From NCBI GenBank assembly GCA_977017645.1, contig OZ360245.1:40486001-40550000 (forward strand): a DNA stretch of 64,000 nt. The letters run 5' to 3'. Position numbers and translations under genes: made by a program. This stretch comes from Torpedo marmorata (Eukaryota). The stretch's first letter is position 1; each line of letters opens with the position of its first letter. Below, one piece after another: positions 26,945-38,033 of the stretch. The notes under the pieces are model-generated. The model searched no databases and had not been told where the DNA came from. It was given only the letters and a program-made list of their open reading frames with translations.

Positions 26945-27125
26945 AAACAGAATGCTGGAAGAACTCAGTGAGTCCAGCATCTGTGGAGAAAAATGATGCA
27001 TGTGACTTGATGCAGAGTCTTGCCTCGAAATGTTGTACCTTTTCCCTCCTCAGATGCTGCTTGACCTGCTGAGTTCTTCCTGTTTAGCTTTTTTTGTTCC
27101 AAATTCCAGCATCTGCAGTCTCTTT
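26945..27125. mobile_element. Short palindromic Penelope-end repeat; a partial V-SINE tail lies at 26745-26862
   Basis: tgctggaagaactcag...cagcatctg and cagatgctgc..ctgagttcttcc form inverted arms, ending ttccagcatctgcagtc. Confidence 0.6.
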
Positions 27126-28114
27126 TGACGTCTTCCAGCATTTCTTTAGGTTTCATTCCCGTTCGCCAGACAACGCATGTCACATTGCTTAATGAACAGG
27201 TTTAAGAGCACTCTTACCCTTCAGTGATATTTGGTCTACTTCTCACTCATGTCAATAGAGCTTATTTTAAGTGTGTACATGGATTGCGATTACTGCAATA
27301 AAATACAGCGATATGTAGGTGAATCAGAATTGACTAAGATAAGATAAATTCTGGAGATGTATGGATTATGTTGGAATAGATAAAATCACAGTAAATTAGT
27401 GGCACTAAGTTGATTGTACTACTAACTGTTAAGTCAGGACAAAGCAGGTAGATTTTGCCGTGTGATCTTTAGGTGGGCTGGAGTTAATAACATGTAGCAG
27501 AATGATTTGAGATTGATTACAACAGACAGACTTTAAGAGAAATTATTTAATTGTACTGACTGTTTTTGCTCACAGCTGCAAAATGAATATTTTCTCTCTG
27601 ATGACTGTAAAACATCACCAAAAAGGGCCCAGGCCTACTGGTGCAGTCCAAATCCACACGTAATCGGACAGATTTTTAACTCTCCAATGGCTAATAGAAG
27701 AAATTTTTAAAAAAAACTTGCTGGTACAAGGAAGATGCATATTGATGGATTTGCTGAAAATGTTTGCTAATTACACTAGTCAAGAAAATGGGAAATTAAA
27801 ACAGAATATGACATCTGTGCCTGACCTGTCATGGACAGTTAGGCAAATTGCACTGGAGAGATTTGATTTGAAATTATTCATTTGAGATAGACTATAGCAG
27901 AGTGAATGATATCAGGCTAATATTATTCATAAGGCACTGCAATGGTACTGATTTAACAAGGACATATTCTCTGCTGGGAGGCATCAGGGTATTTGAAATG
28001 CATATACTATTGGACAAACTGTATCATCATAGATCAGGTCACACTTATTGATTTATATTAGAGATAAATTTTAACAGAGACTATATGATGTATTTGAATA
28101 TTAAATATATTCTC

Positions 28115-28412
28115 CTCAGGCTCAAGAACAGTTTCTCAATGGTTATCCCCTTACTACCCTAATCATAAACTACTCTGGTACCACAAAATGACCTCTTTGC
28201 ACGATTGAAACACCACTTCATTTTCCCTTGTGCTACTGTATTTGTGAATACCTATTATTTGTCTTTTATATTTATTAACTCCACAGTAAATGCAGTAATT
28301 TAATGTATAGTGTTGGACTTATTTTTTAATAATAAAGTACCTGTTTGGCTGCAGAAAGCAGGAATTTCAGTGCACATTGTACATGCACGCGTATGACGAT
28401 AAACTCATAATC
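28115..28412 (+). mobile_element. Degraded Rex1/Babar-like LINE 3' end
   Basis: caggctcaagaacagtttct (RxKNSF) and gcaggaatttcagtgca...tgacgataaa resemble the tail of 38671-40010. Confidence 0.5.
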
Positions 28413-28852
28413 ATTATTTAAGCAGGATAAATTGTACGAAGGATATATTTACAGGGAATAAATTGCATTGAGTTAGATACTTTTAGTATTAGTAAATTCT
28501 CAAGATGAATGGTAAGGGGGTGGGGGGAAGTAAGCCTGATTATTTTCCCTTCAGTTCCTCATCACTGAATTATGATGTCACCACATGCAAAGTTGTTATT
28601 TCAAATTCTACCAATCCCTCTGCAAATAGAGATGGCACCATATTATGCATTACTAAGAGTGCATTGGAATACAAACCGTTGGTTGTTTGTGATCAGAGGC
28701 ATGAACGAAAATGGCTTCTCAGAGGATCAAGTAACAGGAATGAACGATCCACAGAATGCAGCAAGTGCATGCATCTCTGCTAGGGATCCACATTGGAAAG
28801 TTTTGCCTTCCCTCTGATCATGTTAACTGATATTCTTTAACATACCTCACAG

Positions 28853-29120
28853 GAGACTGCAGATTCTGGTCTCTGAAGCTAAACACAATCTGCTGGAGGA
28901 ACTCGGCGGGTCAAGCAGCTTCAGTGGGAGAAAAAGAATTGTTGACGTTTCGAGCCGAAATCTTCACCAGGACACCATCAAATAAATGGTAAAGGGAAAG
29001 TGAGACCTGATTTTTTTTTCCCTTCAGTTCCTCATGTCAGTTCCTGATGAAGGGTTTTAGTTCTTTTTCTCCCACTAATGCTGCTTGACCCGCCGAATTC
29101 TTCCAGCAGATTGTGTTAGG
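28853..29120. mobile_element. Inverted pair of Penelope-end repeats with a captured local sequence in the loop
   Basis: aacacaatctgctggaggaactcggcgggtcaagcagc..agtgggagaaaaagaa pairs with ttctttttctcccactaatgctgcttgacccgccgaattcttccagcagattgtgtt. Confidence 0.8.
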
Positions 29121-29122
29121 TG

Positions 29123-29236
29123 TAAAACACAAAATTATGCAGACAATGCTGGAGAAACTCAGCATGTCAAACAGTGTCCTTTATATAGCAAAGATAAAGA
29201 TACATAACCGACGTTTCGGGCTTGAGCCCTTCGTCG
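29123..29236 (-). mobile_element. Penelope terminal repeat fragment, same family as 35620-35725
   Basis: Reverse complement gacgaagggctcaagcccgaaacgtcggttatgtatctttatc matches gacgaagggctcagacctgaaatgttggttatgtatctttatc. Confidence 0.8.
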
Positions 29237-29978
29237 CAGGATCAATCGATGCATCACATACCCCCTCACATGAACTGTGCATCAGAGTGTGTTATGGTGC
29301 TTTGTTGTGAATAAATAGCTTTACTCAGAAAAGTAAACTTACACCATAATCCAAATTTCATGTGTGTTTGGGATGTCAGATTACTTTCTTTTTATTACTT
29401 ACTTTAGTTTTTAGTTCCACTTTTATAAAAAGATGTTCTGTGTTATTACACTGTGTGGCAAATAATCCTTCCTTAACAATAGTATCAACACTGATGAGAG
29501 GAGAAAATGATAGGATAGACCATAATTTACACCACAATTCTTCCTAAATTACAACCATAGCGAGAGGTATAATCCTGCATGAGGCACTGGATCAAATGCT
29601 CCTGTACATATATTTTTTTAATGTGTGCATCTGGAATTATTTTGGTATTGATTGATAAATACTCACATCTTTTAAACATGTGTATAGCTGTCCAGCAGCA
29701 CAAGGTGATGTATGCTCTTCTGAACTGTTGCTAGCAGGTACATTTCTGTCAAAGACTCACATCCCAAAGCCAATTGCATTGTGTGCAGAGCACAACCATA
29801 TTGCGTACCGGATACATAGCCCTTTACAAATAATGTTACAGCATGGGACGGGAGCTGACCAGCTGATGAATGACTGCTGCAGACAGTCACACAATGAGAT
29901 GAATACAGGATTGAGAAACTTTTCTAATATGGACTCTATTGATGGCATTGGGGAAGCACAATGAGGTCGTCCACACCA

Positions 29979-29984
29979 CATGCA
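29979..29984 (-). promoter_or_regulatory. UGCAUG (RBFOX) motif 25 nt downstream of canonical exon 9
   Basis: catgca on the + strand at 29979-29984. A downstream intronic position is the established enhancer geometry for RBFOX. Confidence 0.5.
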
Positions 29985-30008
29985 GGGCTGGTGACGTGCA
30001 CCACTTAC

Positions 30009-30119
30009 CCGTCGCGCTTTACTCTGGTACTTAACCGCCTTTTTCGTGTCGGACACTGCCCGCTCTACGTAGTCAACGGAATGCTCAACGTTGTATTCGA
30101 TCCTGTCTATCATCTCTCC
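30009..30119 (-). CDS. stx1a: Syntaxin-1A canonical exon 9 ('9b'), [37 protein letters not shown]
   Basis: 111 nt, acceptor tctttcctcgatgccag|GGA and donor CGG|gtaagtg, near-identical to syntaxin-1 residues 227-263. Confidence 0.97.
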
Positions 30120-30194
30120 CTGGCATCGAGGAAAGAGCAGAGACGTGTGAAAATAACAGAGGTGTTTCAGGTGCCGTTACCTCCGGTCACTTAC

Positions 30195-30305
30195 CCGTCT
30201 GCTGGTACTCTGAAAATTAACTGCTTTTTTTGTGCTGTCCTTTGCCTGTCCGATGTAATCAGTTGCATTGACAACATTCCTCTCAATACTGTTGGCCACA
30301 TCACC
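30195..30305 (-). CDS. stx1a: Duplicated alternative exon 9 ('9a'), C-terminal half of the SNARE motif, [37 protein letters not shown]
   Basis: 111 nt (same as canonical exon 9), phase 0/0, strong acceptor ttttccctttgtttcag|GGT and donor CGG|gtaagtg, no stop codon, 17/37 aa identical to the canonical exon with heptad layers kept. Not present in the ORF track. Confidence 0.85.
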
Positions 30306-32126
30306 CTGAAACAAAGGGAAAATTATTCACATTCGTGAAAGGGCCCTGATATTGCAAGGAATGACATGACAAGTGTTACCCTTTCCCTCAACTCACTGGA
30401 CAATACCTATCCCTTCTTGCAGCCCATGTGAAGTCTCAAAGGGGCTCCACATTGGAGGTCTGCAGTGACCTGGACCTGTTGCCAAGAGCAACTCCTTTTG
30501 TCTTGTGGGCCCACCAATGGCTTAACTGAAGAGCAATATAATACAAAAGATTTGTTCACTGACAAATATTGAGGCATTTATTCTCCCTTGTACTTGTTCA
30601 TCAGAACATTTAAGTCCACATAGAAATTTTCTGAAATTACCAATGGTATGGATTCTGTTTTGAATCTGAACAGATAACCTTGTTGTTTACTCAATGGAAC
30701 ATTTTCAGACTTTCCCCTTTGCAGCTCAGGGCTTTAAAATTAGAATGAGTTTCCTCTGAGAATTTCTCTGGAAAACGCGGGTCTCTATAAATATTTCCTG
30801 CCTCACCTTAAACTTCTCAGATGCAAAGTTCATGGAAAGGGAACAAAGACCCGTTTTACTGGGTCTCCAGTGGGTGCCATCCTGAATCGTGTGGGATACG
30901 AATGAAGATTCCAAGCTTCCCACCTTTTCAATTTTCTTCCAGTGATCTAAAACTCTCCCTGGCTGGAGCTGACGCACTTCAAACAGTATTTTTCACCTTG
31001 TCCACTGAGCTCAAGGTGTTGGGCAGAACTGAGGTCTTCCAGCTAATGTTCTCTCCTGAGCTAGAGGATCCTACTCCAGGCTACAGGGCTGAATAATTTC
31101 CCTCCCTGCTGGCTCCAGACTCTGCCAAAGGTTTAGGAAATCTCAGCACCTTGTGTGTGGTTCCTGTTCAGTGTTTGGCATAACCCAGAACAACCCACCA
31201 TGATCTTCTGAGGGTGAGGTGGTGTGGCAGGCTCATTTACCCTCAGTTATGCTGCTTATTTCTTATTCATGCACCAACTAAGATTCTTGCTGACTGGTAG
31301 CTTGATAACAAGGTGCTGCATTGAGATTGTTTTCAAAGCCTTGTCCCTGGGCTCACCGTTGGGTGTGGCACTCTGCCACTCCTTAACAGGCAAGCGAGCA
31401 GGGTGGTACAGGGTACCAATGGGCCAAGATGCCAAGCAAACAATCGTGCAATGCCGCATTGTCAGGTGTGTTACCGCGTTTAAAGCATCCATGATCATGC
31501 ACGTGTTTGGAGGGACATGCAATCATGCAAACTGCACTGTTATCTGCATGCTTCAGACACAGGAATGAATTACCTGCAGGTCTCCGCCATCCAGTCCAGG
31601 GTATTAGCAATGGGAGAAAACAGAGGCTGTTACCGCTATAGGAAGAACAGGGTCACGGTCACAGCCTCGCTGCAAAGTTGCGAATGAAGGCTGTGGAGAT
31701 CTCTATTGCAGCTCTTATTTCCTTTCCTTTAGTTGATTTTGATTCAGTTGCCCATACATCACAGTCCCTTCAGTTCACACATCAGAAACCTGGCTTCCAA
31801 TTTTGGGCCAGAAAGTTGGAGAGTTGGGCAAAAGGTGAGGGGAACGAGGGTGGGAGGGTTGAAGCTGGGAGTGAGAGATGGAATGATCAGTACAAATAAC
31901 TGGGTTGGTTGGGCCAGATCCAGCAGTGTCTGGGGCTGCATTAAGAAAAGGCTTCTGCCTGGGCCGTCCTGCCCTTGGCTCAATGGTATCAGGCTTGGTT
32001 CTGTTAGACATGATAGGGCTTCACTGCTCCTCTGCCACAGCTCCTCCAACGATTTGTCAGAAAGGACAGCATCACAAATCACAGACAAGGGGCGTGGAAA
32101 GAGGCACAACTCTGCTCAGGCTCATA

Positions 32127-32355
32127 GGGCGGCACAGTTAGCGTAGCGGGTAGCACAACACTATTACAGCACCAGCGACCTGGGTTCGAATCCGGCGCAG
32201 TCCGTAAGGAGTTTCTACTTTCTCCTCTTGTCTGCGTGGGTTTCCTCCGGGTGCTCCGGTTTCCTCCCACCCATCTGGAGTTGTAGGTTAATTGGGGTAT
32301 TTGGGTGGCATGGGCTGGAAGGGCCTGTTACTGTGCTGTATGCCTAAGTTTAAAA
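32127..32355 (+). mobile_element. tRNA-derived V-SINE
   Basis: A and B boxes (gggttcgaatcc), V core, tail gaagggcctgttactgtgctgtatgcctaa. Confidence 0.88.
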
Positions 32356-33037
32356 CAACAGTACAAAGTGCATCTTTCCATTGTCCATATTTTAGGAGCT
32401 GGGGAAGTCACTGCAAACTTCTTCGGGAAGCAGATGACATCTATTTGACGGAGAGTTGGCAGAGGCATGATGGAATAACTCATTTGCTTTTCAATCTAGT
32501 GTACTGGATCTGTGGTTACCTGGATTGGAGCACCCAAAATCAAGCATAAAATATTTTTCTTCAACAAATTGGCAAATTCTTTTTCCACTGTGTATAAAGT
32601 CAGGCAGACCAAGTGTCCTGAAGTCTTGTCACCCTCCAGTATCGGTAAAACAAAATCCCAGTTGGACTTGGCATTAGTAGCTTGAGAGGGGATGAGTGGT
32701 CACCAGAGAAGTTGAGCAAGAAGATACAGGGAAGTCTGAAAACTAAACATATGGCCAGTGGGTTCCATATTAGCAAATTATATTGAAGGCTAGGTTCCAT
32801 AGATTTTTGGACCTTAAGTGAATCAAGGATTATGGTGTTTGGGAAAGAGAGTGGATTGCCACGATCCTACTGATAATTGGAACAGACTCAAGGTACTGTA
32901 TGAACTACTGTTGCTTCTTTTATGCTCTTACAGTGAGATTAACCTTTCTATTTAATTTCAACATGTAGAACAAACATGAATACTCGTCACTATGCAATGG
33001 CTTCAAAAACAGTGTAAAGTGACAATTCCTTCCCACA

Positions 33038-34212
33038 CATAGAACCACAGAACATTACAGCACAGAAACAGGCCCTTCGGCTCTTCTAGTCTGTGCCGAA
33101 CTATTTTTCTGCCTAGTCCCATGACCAGCACCCAGTCCATCGCCCTACAAACCCCTCCCATCCAGGCACCTGTCCAAATTCTTAAATGTTAAAATCGAGC
33201 ATGCATTCACCACTTCAGCTGGCAGTTCCACACCCCCACCACTTGCTGTGTGAAGAAGTTCCCCCTATTGTTCCCCTCAAAACTTTTCCCCTTTCACCCT
33301 TACCCCATGTCCTATGGTTTGTATCTCACCTACCCTCAGTCGAAAAAGCCTACGTATATTTACTCTGTCTATATCATAATTTAAAAAACCTCTATCAAAT
33401 CTCACCTCATTCTTCTACGCTCCAGGGAAAAAAGTCCCTCCTGTTTAACCTTTCCCTGTAACTCAGTTCCCGAAGTCCGGGCAACATTCCTAGTAAATCT
33501 TCTCTGCACTCTTTCAATCTTATTGATATCTTTCCTGTAGTTAGGTGACCAAAACTGCACACAATACTCCAGATTTGGCCTCACCAATGTCTTATACAAC
33601 TTCACCATAACATCCCAACTATACTCAATACTTCGATTTATGAAGGCCAATATGCCAAAAGCTCTATTTACAACCCTATCTATCTGTGACACCACTTTCA
33701 GGGAACTATGTATCTGTATTCCCAGATCCCTCTGTTCTGCCGCACTCCTCAGTGCCCTACCATTTATCATGCATGTACTTTCTTGGTTTGTCCTTCCAAA
33801 ATGCAACATCTCACACTTGTCTGCATTAAATTCCATCTGCCATTTTTCAGCCCATTTTTTCAGCTGGTTCAGATCCCTCTGCAAGATTTGAAAACCTTCC
33901 TCACTGTCCACAATACCTCCAATCTTTGTGTCATCTGCAAACTTGCTGATCCAATTTACCACATTATCATCCAGATCATTGATATAGATGACAAACAACA
34001 ATGGTCCCAGCACTGAACCCTGAGGCACACCACTAGTCGCAGGCCTCCAGTCTGAGAAGCAATCATCCACCACTACTCTCTGGGTTCTCCCGCATCGCCA
34101 ATGTCGAATCCAGTTTCCTACCTCACAATGAACACTGAGCATCAGAACCTTCCTGACTAACCTCCCATGTGGGACCTTGTCAAAGGCCTTACTAAAGTCC
34201 ATTTAGACAACA
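33038..34212 (-). mobile_element. 5'-truncated CR1 LINE
   Basis: ORF 33402-34202 has [19 protein letters not shown] and FADD; the 3' terminus is retained. Same family as 40108-42570. Confidence 0.95.
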
Positions 34213-34397
34213 TGTGGATATTCACCCTGAAAAGATCTTGTCTGATCAAAGATTTAATGCCATTAACATGGAACTGTACAGTTTGTTTTAATTCCGTCCC
34301 GTTATTGACCAACCTGGACCTTTTCACTATTTACATAGCAGGTAGTATCTGTTGCACAGATTCAAGGTGAGATGTTTTTGTTTAAACCTCATCTTAC

Positions 34398-34535
34398 CTG
34401 GCTTTCCACCAGCATTGCCATGTCCATGAACATGTCGTGCAGCTCACGGATACAGTTCTCCAGTTTGATGATCTCATGGTGTCGTGTTTCAATCTCATTA
34501 AGAGCCTGCTTCGTAATGTTGGAATCCATTATGAT
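34398..34535 (-). CDS. stx1a: Syntaxin-1A exon 8, N-terminal half of the Qa-SNARE motif, [46 protein letters not shown]
   Basis: 138 nt, acceptor tctctcccttcag|ATC and donor CAG|gtaag, ending on the zero-layer Gln. IIMDS and MFMDMA favour STX1A over STX1B (IKMDS/MFVDMA, recalled). Confidence 0.96.
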
Positions 34536-34971
34536 CTGAAGGGAGAGAAAAACAGGCAGAATTAGCTGAGAAAGTGACTTTGTATTCTGCAATCAATGGT
34601 AAGGAAGTCCATTTCTCATGGAGGAAAGGTCAGGGAGGAAGCATCTGAAAATGGCTGGGGTCAGGTCACTTCCTCGAGCAACTATCGCAATGATCTGCTG
34701 GCCATTGATCTGCTGTTTGGGTTCCTGCAACGACAATCGTATTTCTTTACACTAAGGACTCTGAATGGTGGAGATTTTCATCCCAATTCCTATTGATGTA
34801 AATTTTACTAAGTCCCCATTAATGTCGAGGACACCCGCTCTCACCTCATTTCTGGAAGTCAGCTATTTTTTGATTGTTTGGACCGAGGCTGTAATGAGAC
34901 AAAACCCGGTTACTGGTGACAAATGCCATAGAAAGGTACCTATGATGACTACTTCCAGCACTATCACACAG

Positions 34972-35725
34972 GATTCCCCTTGTCCTTACCTACCATCCCA
35001 CCAGACTCCGCATCCAACATATTACCCTCCATAATATCCGGCACCCACAACATGATCCCACCACCAGACACATCTTCCCCTCTCTGCCTTCCGTAGGGAC
35101 TGCTCCCTCTGTGACTCCCTCGTGCACTCATCCCTCCCCACCAACCACCCCACCCACGACACCTACCCCTGTGGCCGCAGGAAGTGCAACAATTGTGCCC
35201 ACACCTCCTCCCTCATCACAGTTTGGGACCCCAAACAGGCCTTTCAAGTGAAGCAATACTTCACGTGTGTATCCGTGGGAGTGATCTACTGCATCCGCTT
35301 CTCTCTATGTGGCCTTCTCTACATCGGAGAGACTGGGCGCAGACTGGGAGATTGTTTCGCTGAGCACCTTCGCTCTGTCCGAATCAGTGACAGGGATCTC
35401 CCAGTGGCCAACCATTTCAATTCTGCGTCCCACTCCCTTTCCCCTTGTCTTCTTTCCATTAGCTCTCCACCCCCTACCCTCTCTATTCACCGAGCCTTCC
35501 CTCCTCCCCCTGCTTGCTGCTGTGCCCTCCCTCCCTTATCCATCTATTACATCCTGCATTTGGGACTGTGCTCCTCCCCCACCTACCATTTTGTTTGGAC
35601 GCCTGCCAACATTTTCCATACCTTGACGAAGGGCTCAGACCTGAAATGTTGGTTATGTATCTTTATCTTTGATATATAAAGTACACTGTTTGACCTGTTG
35701 AGTTTCTGCAGCATTGTGTTTTTAA
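34972..35725 (+). mobile_element. Penelope-like element 3' fragment (GIY-YIG endonuclease) with terminal repeat
   Basis: ORF 35122: PCGRRKCNNC...FTCVSVGVIYCIRFSLCGLLYIGETGRRLGDCFAEHLRSV..PVANHFN, the PLE GIY-YIG signature. Confidence 0.9.
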
Positions 35726-36534
35726 TATGACGACTTACAGATTGACAGGCTGCTAAATGCCCAAACTGGTTTCATCATACTAGGCAATTTTCCACTTTAT
35801 CAAGTAAGTGCCAGTGTTCGAGTTAGAGTTGTGACCAGTTCTAAACCACAAATCTTCAGCACTATAGCCAAGATGATGAAGGGGCCCATGGCTTTTACTG
35901 GGTCCAGAGCACACAGCTATTTACTAATATCATAAGGTGAAGTGAATAGATTAAGACTGACCCTTTCAACTGTGCGGATGTCAGAATAATCATTTACTTG
36001 CCATATTTAATCATTTATTTTCAGAATAATCATTTACTTGCCTTATAAGCCTGGTTTCAAATGCTTCAGTCTGATCTTTTGCAATTACACGCTGGACTTC
36101 AATGCCATTGAGGGCAGGGATGTTCTGGAAGCTTGTTCTCATTAGTTATTTAATTTTCCATGACTCTTTACCTCCACGTGACACAGCACTGGACCATTTT
36201 GATTTAATATGCTGACTGTGGGATCACTTAGTTCTGTCTATAAAATATAGCTTGTGGTGTTCAGCATTCCTGTGTTGTTGTGACGCCATGCTGCTCCCTC
36301 AGTATGGCCTTCGACTCTTTGAATCACTGGTGAGGAATCACTGTTGCAGATGGCTACCAGTGCCTCATAGATGCACCTCATAATTAGGATTCCATTTTTT
36401 CTTAATCAAGACTATTAAGCATGTTATTCAAGGTGGAGGGGGTCCTCAGTATGAAGGTACGACTTGACCTTCCAAATATCCTGGGCAGATCTATTTTAAA
36501 TTAAAATTTTTAAATATAAATTTTTTTAAATTTT

Positions 36535-36786
36535 TAAATTTAGACATGCAGCACGGTAACAGGCCATTTCGGCCCACGAGTCCGTGCCGCCCAATTTACA
36601 CCCAATTAACCTACAACCCCCGGTACGTTTTGAACGATGGGAGGAAACCGGAGCCCCCGGGGAAAACCCACGCAGACACGGGAGAACATACCAACTCCTT
36701 ACAGCCAGCGCGGGATTCAAACCCTGGTCCCGATCGCTGGCGCTGTAAAGGCGTTGTGCTAACCGCTACACCAACCTTGCCGCCCC
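36535..36786 (-). mobile_element. tRNA-derived V-SINE, well preserved
   Basis: Same structure as 3828-4063, with taaattt tail repeats. Confidence 0.9.
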
Positions 36787-38033
36787 TATCTGCAGTGGAG
36801 ACAACTTCTTCAAGATTGTTTACCTTTTGGGGTTCGCTCAGCGCATGGTCTGAGTCCAGAGCTCAGAGGGACTCTAATTCCCACGGTTGATGATAATTGT
36901 TGAAATGCCTCACTCAGAATATATTCCTTTCCCTTCCTATCCTCAGTAGTTCTTCCACTGTTGTTAAATTTCAAGGAGTTCTGAGTTCAACAGCTAAGGC
37001 TCATTAGCACGAGAATTCTTTACTAATATTTGACTTCATGCTATGAGATTTCATGGTGACTAGATTCAATGTTTAGGTCTCCTGGAACCATCCTCTGGAC
37101 TGTATACAACTGTGCCATCACTCTGGTGGCTTTGGTCTGTAGCTGGGGCAAGACTTTCCCAAGACAATATGGAGGAGACTGGAACTTTAGTTGACAAGTC
37201 TAATTCTGCACATATGACTACAGGCATTGTTTGACTATTTTGTGTGCTACTTTTCCTGATTTAGATAAGGTGCCCAAATGCTTCTGAAGACTTCACATGG
37301 GCTCTAAACCAGTGCCCAGATGAGTGGTACATCTGATGTTGTCAGGGTGGATTATAGCAGCTGAGTGCCTTGCAAGCTCATCTGCAGAGTACAGTTGAGG
37401 GTCACATTACTGAAGTTCAGGCCATGGCAGGTAAGGATGGCAGATATATTATTCTACAATATGTAAGTGAAGCATAATTTCAAAATTATAAACCAACTTC
37501 TGCCTAGTCACCATTAATGATATGAACACTGTACATTGTATAAATGCACATTACAATAAACTGACATTGAACATTTTAGACCTCGGTGATGGGGTTACAT
37601 TTTTCTGTTGTTCATCCACACTTGGAGCAGTGAGGTGCCTGTATCTTGTCGTGCAGCATTGATTGGTTCCTGAGATTACATGTTTATCTTGCAAGAGAAG
37701 ATTAAGATTGGCTTGTAATACATGGAGTTCAGAAGAAAGAAAGATATCTCATTGAATCAGGATTTTCACAGGAACTTGAGAGGTGTTCCCTCTTGTTGAA
37801 GATTGCAGAATCTAGGGTATGGTCACTTCAGAAAGGATCAGCCGTTTGGGAATAAATTTTGTTAAGCAGTGGCTTTGGGATTCTCTACCTCAGATCGCAT
37901 AGATAAATAGATTTGTGGATCCCAAAGGAATGAGAGGTTACGGAGATTCGACAGGAACACTCGTGACCTCACTGAATGACAGAACAGGCTCAGAAGTTTG
38001 AATTAAACTCACTTCTGTTTCTTATTTTAAGTA

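Noticed and set aside
35981-36042. 22-bp direct repeat tcagaataatcatttacttgcc
   Set aside because: Two copies only, consistent with local slippage. It is not an array, and CRISPR does not apply to vertebrate DNA.
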